DNA of 4,588 nt from a virus (lineage: Duplodnaviria > Heunggongvirae > Uroviricota > Caudoviricetes), in IMG/VR virus record IMGVR_UViG_2740892269_000004. One strand, written 5' to 3'. The position numbers and the translations under genes were made by a program. Every line of letters starts with the position of its first letter. The stretch's first letter is position 1. This document shows, piece by piece, positions 1 through 4,588 of this stretch. The notes beneath the pieces are model-generated. The model worked only from the letters and a program-made list of their open reading frames with translations, ran no database searches and was not told the origin of the DNA.

Positions 1-75
1 GAACAGGAGGGACAGCTGATAGAAACAGAAGCCACTGGAGCACCTCAAAAACACCATCATACACTAAATCAGTAA
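1..75 (+). CDS. Possible 3' end of a plus-strand gene convergent with the tail operon; product unknown
   Basis: Plus frame 1 is open from the window edge to TAA at 73..75 (EQEGQLIETEATGAPQKHHHTLNQ*), with many G-initial codons (GAA, GAG, GGA, GCC, GCA). Only 24 codons are visible and the frame is not in the supplied ORF track. A competing minus-strand reading (ATG at 60, MMVFLRCSSGFCFYQLSLLF) has no Shine-Dalgarno motif and looks less protein-like. Confidence 0.2.
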   Translation, partial: EQEGQLIETEATGAPQKHHHTLNQ

Positions 76-267
76 GTTGGCAGCATCACCGTTTTAACGT
101 TACTAATAAATCGTGAAACAATCTCCTCATTTGTTAGTATTTTCGCCTGAGCACAGCAAGAGGTTAATATTGCAACCGTCATTAAAAATGGCTTTATCAC
201 AAAACAAACTCCATTGTTAGCATGTTACGCGATAATTTTGCCTCATCTTTCACCACAAAAAAAGAAC

Positions 268-2226
268 TCACCTTTTAAATGGAGAATACCCAACATCATG
301 GGTGATTTTCATAAAGGGATCGCCTGTTTTCGGCAAATCGATAACGCGCATTCCAGGCGGCGCGTTGTCAAACGTCACCTTAAGTTCGCTGCGGGTTGCC
401 GGTGAAGATGCAAGGCTTAACAGCTGATTCCTTTCCAGTGATACATTCGGGGTGTAGCGTTTATCGGGAGATAAATACCCATCACCACGTGGCATCTGCC
501 ATCCGGTCATGTCATAGACAAAATCATGGAACTGTTTGCCCCACTCGTCGAACTTATCATTCAGACCAAATCCACTGTTCAGTGCATCAGCCACAAAATT
601 TTTAACAAGCCAGGGATGTGCTTTTTCAAACTCCTGCGCCATCATGCCCAGTTCAAGCAATCCACCAATCAGACTGATCTTTCCGAGGCCCTTTAATTTC
701 AGCCCTGTTTTTCCTGCCGCCGTTGTCCATTGATTCTGGGCGACTGTTGCCGCACGAATACTTGCCACCGCCTTCACACCAATATACAGGGCAGAAACCG
801 TTGCTATTGTTTTTACTGCCTGTTCCCATCCCCCCATTGCTCTGACAACCTGATCAACCTCCTGCCAGACTTTTTTCACAACCGGACCGACCGTTTCCCA
901 GTTATCAATTATGAGATATGCACCACCGACGAGAAGCGCAATTAATCCCTTTGCCGGCGTCATATTCATCACGCTACCCATGATTTTTGTTATGCGTGTC
1001 AATGTGCCAATCGCCACGCCCATCGTCAGTAATGCCGCACCAGTTTTCGCGATGGTTTTTACGACCTCAGGATTTTCTCTGACAAACGTGCGCACTTCTT
1101 CCAGAAAAGGCTTCATCTCTTTTATGCCNNNNNNNNNNNNNNNNNNNNNNNNNNNNNNNNNNNNNNNNNNNNNNNNNNNNNNNNNNNNNNNNNNNNNNNN
1201 NNNNNNNNNNNNNNNNNNNNNNNNNNNNNNNNNNNNNNNNNNNNNNNNNNNNNNNNNNNNNNNNNNNNNNNNNNNNNNNNNNNNNNNNNNNNNNNNNNNN
1301 NNNNNNNNNNNNNNNNNNNNNNNNNNNNNNNNNNNNNNNNNNNNNNNNNNNNNNNNNNNNNNNNNNNNNNNNNNNNNNGCAGCCTGTTTTTCTTTCGGCA
1401 CTTTTGCCAGAGAATCCAGTACGTGCAGCATGGCCCCGCGGGCGTCTTTCTGCATATCCGCCGCCAGTTTTTTCGGGCTAATGCGCAACGAGCGGAGCAC
1501 TTTTTTCTGCGATTTGGTGGCAGAATCCCTCGCTGTCAGCGACAACATAAAATTCTTTATCCCCGTCGCAGCAATTTCTGACTCCACCCCCATTCCGGCA
1601 ATGGTTGCCCCCATTGCGGCAATCTCTCCGGAGGCCACACCCGCAACACTGCCTAAAGGGCCAATACGGGTCACAACATCAGAAATCTTTTTCGCACTTG
1701 CAGGACCGGTATTACCAAGATAGTTAATCTTATCCGCAAGCCCTGCCACCTCTCCCTGTGTCAGTTTAAAGGCAGTGCGCCACTGCGCCATCATCTGACC
1801 GGATTCTTCTGCCGTGGTGTCAAAGGCCACGCCCATCTTCACGGCATCGTCAGTAAACTGCATCAGCTCGTCACGGGCGATACCAGCCTGACCACCCGCC
1901 GCCACAATTTCGGCGATACCTTCCGCCGACATGGGCAGTTCTGTTGACAGGTCGCGCACCTGCTCCGTCATTGCCTTAAACGCTTCCGGCGTATCCAGAC
2001 CATCCACCACTTTCCGGACATCCGCCATTTTTGATTCAAGGGCAATGGCAGATTTGACCGGGAGCGCCAGCGCCCCCAGTACTGCGGTTCCGGCACCCGC
2101 TGCGCCCAGTAACAGGCTGGCAAACTCCTTTTTAAAACCTTTCAGCTGGCGCTGCATTCCCTTCAGCGGTGCCGATACCTTATCCACGGCAGTGATGATC
2201 GCCTTCAGCTGAAAACTGTCAGCCAT
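268..2226 (-). CDS. Phage tail tape measure protein (652 aa; 250 nt of the gene is masked)
   Basis: Largest ORF in the window, lying directly downstream of the sheath-tube-chaperone string on the same strand. The N-terminal third is Ala/Gly-rich with repeated short hydrophobic segments (e.g. AAGAGTAVLGALALP, IAEIVAAGGQAGIA, GVASGEIAAMGATIAGMGVESEIAATG), which matches my recollection of the conserved tape-measure core. The C-terminal part has further hydrophobic stretches (LLTMGVAIGTLTRI, LIALLVGGAYLII). Start ATG at 2224..2226 is preceded by GAGGAG at a 7-nt spacing. The frame is continuous across the N block 1129..1378. Confidence 0.85.
   Translation of the reverse strand: MADSFQLKAIITAVDKVSAPLKGMQRQLKGFKKEFASLLLGAAGAGTAVLGALALPVKSAIALESKMADVRKVVDGLDTPEAFKAMTEQVRDLSTELPMSAEGIAEIVAAGGQAGIARDELMQFTDDAVKMGVAFDTTAEESGQMMAQWRTAFKLTQGEVAGLADKINYLGNTGPASAKKISDVVTRIGPLGSVAGVASGEIAAMGATIAGMGVESEIAATGIKNFMLSLTARDSATKSQKKVLRSLRISPKKLAADMQKDARGAMLHVLDSLAKVPKEKQAXXXXXXXXXXXXXXXXXXXXXXXXXXXXXXXXXXXXXXXXXXXXXXXXXXXXXXXXXXXXXXXXXXXXXXXXXXXXXXXXXXXXGIKEMKPFLEEVRTFVRENPEVVKTIAKTGAALLTMGVAIGTLTRITKIMGSVMNMTPAKGLIALLVGGAYLIIDNWETVGPVVKKVWQEVDQVVRAMGGWEQAVKTIATVSALYIGVKAVASIRAATVAQNQWTTAAGKTGLKLKGLGKISLIGGLLELGMMAQEFEKAHPWLVKNFVADALNSGFGLNDKFDEWGKQFHDFVYDMTGWQMPRGDGYLSPDKRYTPNVSLERNQLLSLASSPATRSELKVTFDNAPPGMRVIDLPKTGDPFMKITHDVGYSPFKR
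1129..1378. other. Masked block of 250 N inside the tape measure gene
   Basis: Run of N seen directly. The flanking tape measure sequence is in the same frame on both sides (84 X codons in the ORF track), which suggests the mask preserves the original length. Confidence 0.99.
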
Positions 2227-2615
2227 GCTTCATCTCCTCGTTAATGCGGACGGCCTCGGCTTCCAGTTCTGTAAACTGCGAAACAGCCCCCCGTCGCAGC
2301 TCCAGTGGATTCAGTTTCCAGAACCAGGCAACATTGTAGAGTCGTTTCCGGANNNNNNNNNNNNNNNNNNNNNNNNNNNNNNNNNNNNNNNNNNNNNNNN
2401 NNNNNNNNNNNNNNNNNNNNNNNNNNNNNNNNNNNNNNNNNNNNNNNNNNNNNNNNNNNNNNNNNNNNNNNNNNNNNNNNNNNNNNNNNNNNNNNNNNNN
2501 NNNNNNNNNNNNNNNNNNNNNNNNNNNNNNNNNNNNNNNNNNNNNNNNNNNNNNNNNNNNNNNNNNNNNNNNNNNNNNNNNNNNNNNNNNNNNNNNNNNN
2601 NNCGTTCATTGCCAT
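2219..2615 (-). CDS. Tail assembly chaperone region between tube and tape measure; reading frame ambiguous (possible frameshift, or two small genes)
   Basis: ATG at 2613..2615 overlaps the tube stop as TAATG and is preceded by GGAGGG at 2624..2629 (8-nt spacer); the product begins MAMN. This is the position where contractile and long-tailed phages conserve a chaperone gene. After the N block, the frame continuous with MAMN reads PETTLQCCLVLETESTGAATGGCFAVYRTGSRGRPH and stops at TAA 2241..2243. A different frame reads RKRLYNVAWFWKLNPLELRRGAVSQFTELEAEAVRINEEMKHG and stops at TGA 2219..2221, overlapping the tape measure start; its last about 22 codons look more coding-like. About 130 codons in total fit a single chaperone of roughly 130 aa. 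Confidence 0.5.
2234..2239 (-). promoter_or_regulatory. Shine-Dalgarno motif (GAGGAG) for the tape measure gene
   Basis: Minus-strand GAGGAG lies 7 nt upstream of the ATG at 2224..2226. Confidence 0.6.
2353..2602. other. Masked block of 250 N inside the chaperone gene region
   Basis: Run of N seen directly. It covers about 83 of the roughly 130 codons between the tube stop and the tape measure start. Confidence 0.99.
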
Positions 2616-2971
2616 TACTGATACCCTCCCTCTTCGCCGTGGAATTCAAGATCTGCCGTGCCTTCTTCGGCATTATGATTAGCCTCTCCGTGCAGCCATG
2701 CCGCCGAAAGCACATACACCATGCCGTTTGCCAGCTCAGCGGTAATCGTCATCTGGTCTGAGGTGGTAATTTTGTCGACCGGAAAGTTTTTGGGCACTTT
2801 AAACGTGCCCTTAACGTAAGGTGACCGCCAGGTCTCCTTGTAATCCACATCCCCTGCCATGCCGACGATGTCATCCCGGACATTGGTGTTCATCGGCACT
2901 TCAATGCCACCTGTCAGCGATAACTGCTGACCATCCACTTTAAAAAAACAGGTTCCGGCGATCTTTGCCAT
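2615..2971 (-). CDS. Phage tail tube protein (118 aa)
   Basis: 118-aa ORF immediately downstream of, and coupled to, the sheath gene (TAATG overlap at 2969..2973), with GAGGAG at 2980..2985 upstream of its ATG. The size and the position between sheath and chaperone/tape measure are typical of contractile-tail tube proteins. The protein begins MAKIAGTCFFKVDGQQLSLTGG. Confidence 0.75.
   Translation of the reverse strand: MAKIAGTCFFKVDGQQLSLTGGIEVPMNTNVRDDIVGMAGDVDYKETWRSPYVKGTFKVPKNFPVDKITTSDQMTITAELANGMVYVLSAAWLHGEANHNAEEGTADLEFHGEEGGYQ
2624..2629 (-). promoter_or_regulatory. Shine-Dalgarno motif (GGAGGG) for the chaperone gene, embedded in the tube gene 3' end
   Basis: Minus-strand GAGGGAGGG lies 8 nt upstream of the ATG at 2613..2615, which overlaps the tube stop codon. 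Confidence 0.6.
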
Positions 2972-4467
2972 TATGCTGACTCCTCTGAATACTGAAGACG
3001 GAACTGGTTAACCACCGCAAAGACACGTAACTGATTAACATAATCCGGCGGGAACAGCGTATTCAGTCGGTTCGGGTTATCTGCATCACGCTCAACTATC
3101 AGATACTGTTTAAACAGATCGTAATTTTCCACAATACCGGCACGCTCCATCTGACGATATGTCGCCAGAAGTTCCCCTTTGATAACGGCAGGAGTGACAA
3201 TCGCCTGCCCCGGACCAAAACGGGTACCATCATTTGCCAGCTTGTGACGTCCGTACTTGCTTGTGATGACCGATTTCAGTTTGCGAAGAACATATGCACT
3301 GGTATGCAGAGTTTCACTGTCCAGATAGCTGTTGTCTGCCACGCCATACGCATTCTTTTTGTAGGTGGTTACGGAACGCTGGATCTGCAACGTGCCGCCT
3401 TCCACATAAGCCGTCGCCACGCCGTGAGATAAAAGGGTCTGCTGCTCTGTCATGATGAATCGCTTACCTTTCGGTGCCGGAAGCATCCCCACCAGCTCCC
3501 CCGTCTGTGTCGGACGGGCAGGATCATTCCGGATAAATACCGCTTCACGGGCAAGGCGACTGGCAACCAGTTCATCGACAGGCGACTGGGTTTCTTTTTC
3601 GTAACCGGCAAGCGTGATATGTTGCTGATTATGCATATCTCCGGCACCAACCAGCTCTGACAGCGTTCCCAGTTTTGCGGTATAGCCATGCCCGTATAAC
3701 TGGCGCGCATAACTCCAGCGACCGCTGCTGTCATTCATTTCGGTCATCATCATATTGATGGAGGCGGCATCGTTGAACGGCAGACCGATAAAGTCGAATG
3801 CCTCATCGCCCATAGCAGCAACAGCGGCGGTAAGATCAGGCGCTCCGCTACCGGCAGCACCGACTTCCGTCACCACCCGAAGCCCTGCTGGCAGAATCTC
3901 ACCACCACCAGAACCATAATAATTCAGACAGACCGGTAACTCATTACCATACAGCCCCTTATGACGGGCAGTCAGCGTCACCACACCTGCATCAGATGAC
4001 GCCGTAAACGGCAGGGTGATAACCCCGTTTACCGCTTCCTTAATCGCGGTGGCAACCGCAGTGGCATCATCGCCATTCACCACAGGCACCTGTACACGGG
4101 AGCGCCCGACATACAGACTCAGGGTGCCGCTTTCCTCTGCTTCTCCGGCAACCGTCACCCTGACCGTCGCCGCCGCCCCTCTGGCTTCCGGTACTGCAAT
4201 AACATACAGTTCACCGAAAGGATCTGTCTGACGGTAGACTTCCACCATACGCGCCAGCTGGCTCCCCGCCCCACAAATCTGGCGGGCATAATCTGCCGAT
4301 GGCATCAGCACCAGGCTGTTAACCTCAATGGCTGCATCGTTGCTGGCATGCCCGATCAGTAATGCAGGCGCGCTGGTCACCGCTGTATTTGCCGCAGAAT
4401 TGTTCATCTCGGCGTAGAACAACGGCACCAGCGTATTCGACGGAACAGTATTAAAACTTATCGTCAT
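2971..4467 (-). CDS. Phage contractile tail sheath protein (498 aa)
   Basis: 498-aa ORF directly upstream of and overlapping the tube gene. The order sheath, tube, chaperone, tape measure is the conserved core of contractile tails, and the size is in the range I recall for Mu-type sheath proteins (about 500 aa). A weak AAGGA motif lies 10 to 12 nt upstream of the ATG at 4465..4467. Confidence 0.8.
   Translation of the reverse strand: MTISFNTVPSNTLVPLFYAEMNNSAANTAVTSAPALLIGHASNDAAIEVNSLVLMPSADYARQICGAGSQLARMVEVYRQTDPFGELYVIAVPEARGAAATVRVTVAGEAEESGTLSLYVGRSRVQVPVVNGDDATAVATAIKEAVNGVITLPFTASSDAGVVTLTARHKGLYGNELPVCLNYYGSGGGEILPAGLRVVTEVGAAGSGAPDLTAAVAAMGDEAFDFIGLPFNDAASINMMMTEMNDSSGRWSYARQLYGHGYTAKLGTLSELVGAGDMHNQQHITLAGYEKETQSPVDELVASRLAREAVFIRNDPARPTQTGELVGMLPAPKGKRFIMTEQQTLLSHGVATAYVEGGTLQIQRSVTTYKKNAYGVADNSYLDSETLHTSAYVLRKLKSVITSKYGRHKLANDGTRFGPGQAIVTPAVIKGELLATYRQMERAGIVENYDLFKQYLIVERDADNPNRLNTLFPPDYVNQLRVFAVVNQFRLQYSEESA
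2980..2985 (-). promoter_or_regulatory. Shine-Dalgarno motif (GAGGAG) for the tube gene, embedded in the sheath gene 3' end
   Basis: Minus-strand GAGGAG lies 8 nt upstream of the tube ATG, inside the last sheath codons (..SEESA*). Confidence 0.6.
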
Positions 4468-4479
4468 GATTTTTTAGCC

Positions 4480-4588
4480 TTATCCTTGAGGTGTACTGGC
4501 AATAGCGGACACTACCATTTGTTCTTTTTTTAAGCAGCCATCTGATGATATTTTTCCCTGAAGGCTGCCGGGGAGATATTCCCCAGAC
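4480..4588 (-). CDS. 3' end of the gene upstream of the sheath (partial; product unknown)
   Basis: A minus-strand frame is open from the window edge to TAA at 4480..4482 (..SGEYLPGSLQGKISSDGCLKKEQMVVSAIASTPQG*), ending about 12 nt before the sheath ATG. It has 12 G-initial codons out of 35, against 5 of 40 in the alternative open frame. Only 35 codons are visible, so no function can be assigned. Confidence 0.4.
   Translation of the reverse strand, partial: SGEYLPGSLQGKISSDGCLKKEQMVVSAIASTPQG

Noticed and set aside
69-182. 41-codon minus-strand ORF in the AT-rich gap (MTVAILTSCCAQAKILTNEEIVSRFISNVKTVMLPTY*)
   Set aside because: No Shine-Dalgarno motif upstream, and the sequence is short and AT-rich. 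It cannot be told apart from a chance ORF without external evidence.
76-267. Search for a rho-independent terminator or att-like repeat after the tape measure stop
   Set aside because: I found no GC-rich stem-loop followed by a T tract and no clear direct or inverted repeats by eye; only short palindromic fragments. A folding program should be run before excluding a terminator.
214-2212. Plus-strand ORFs antisense to the tape measure gene (214..405, 396..605, 536..733, 730..945, 911..1723 of 270 aa, 1931..2212)
   Set aside because: They lie entirely inside, and opposite to, a long well-supported minus-strand gene rich in GCN/GGN codons, whose complement is naturally poor in stop codons. None has a ribosome-binding site, the translations are Cys/Arg/Phe-rich and low-complexity, and the longest spans the masked block.
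2311-2715. Minus-strand ORF 2311..2715 (134 aa) starting inside the tube gene in another frame
   Set aside because: Its ATG is internal to the tube coding sequence with no ribosome-binding site, and its post-mask tail (SGNDSTMLPGSGN*) is short. It is most likely an alternative-frame artefact, though this is the frame a canonical -1 shift from the MAMN frame would enter, so it is noted under the frameshift finding.
2225-2761. Plus-strand ORFs 2225..2761 and 2305..2682 running through the second N block
   Set aside because: They are antisense to the chaperone and tube genes, and most of their length is masked N translated as X. Nothing supports them.
3244-4231. ORFs inside the sheath gene: plus-strand 3244..3432 and 4016..4231, and same-strand alternative-frame 3450..3734
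   Set aside because: All are fully embedded in the 498-aa sheath ORF, have no independent start signals, and give low-complexity Arg/Ser/Pro-rich translations typical of off-frame reads.
1-4588. CRISPR arrays, tRNA or rRNA genes, IS elements, integrase or toxin-antitoxin genes
   Set aside because: No spaced direct repeats, tRNA-like structures, terminal inverted repeats or additional ORFs of suitable size are visible outside the tail genes. The masked blocks could not be examined.

Overview
The window is almost entirely one minus-strand operon encoding the core of a contractile (myovirus-type) phage tail, read from right to left: the 3' end of an unidentified upstream gene (4480..4588), tail sheath (2971..4467), tail tube (2615..2971), a small tail-assembly-chaperone region (about 2219..2615) and the tail tape measure protein (268..2226). 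Sheath, tube and chaperone are joined by TAATG stop/start overlaps, each preceded by a GAGGAG or GGAGGG Shine-Dalgarno motif, so they are translationally coupled. Two blocks of exactly 250 N (1129..1378 inside the tape measure gene, 2353..2602 inside the chaperone gene) hide sequence. The first block keeps the tape measure frame intact, so the masks appear to preserve true length. The left 267 nt are AT-rich and non-coding-looking, with a possible plus-strand gene end at 1..75, so the tail gene string may stop after the tape measure. I see no CRISPR array, tRNA, rRNA, IS element or integrase in the visible sequence. The module could belong to an intact prophage, a prophage remnant or a tailocin; the window alone cannot say which. 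I did not find convincing evidence of a novel system. The most checkable oddity is that the chaperone gene's visible 5' and 3' ends are in different frames, with coding signal appearing to switch at a C6/G6 run. All functional calls rest on ORF size, gene order, coupling signals and my recollection of protein families; no database search was run.
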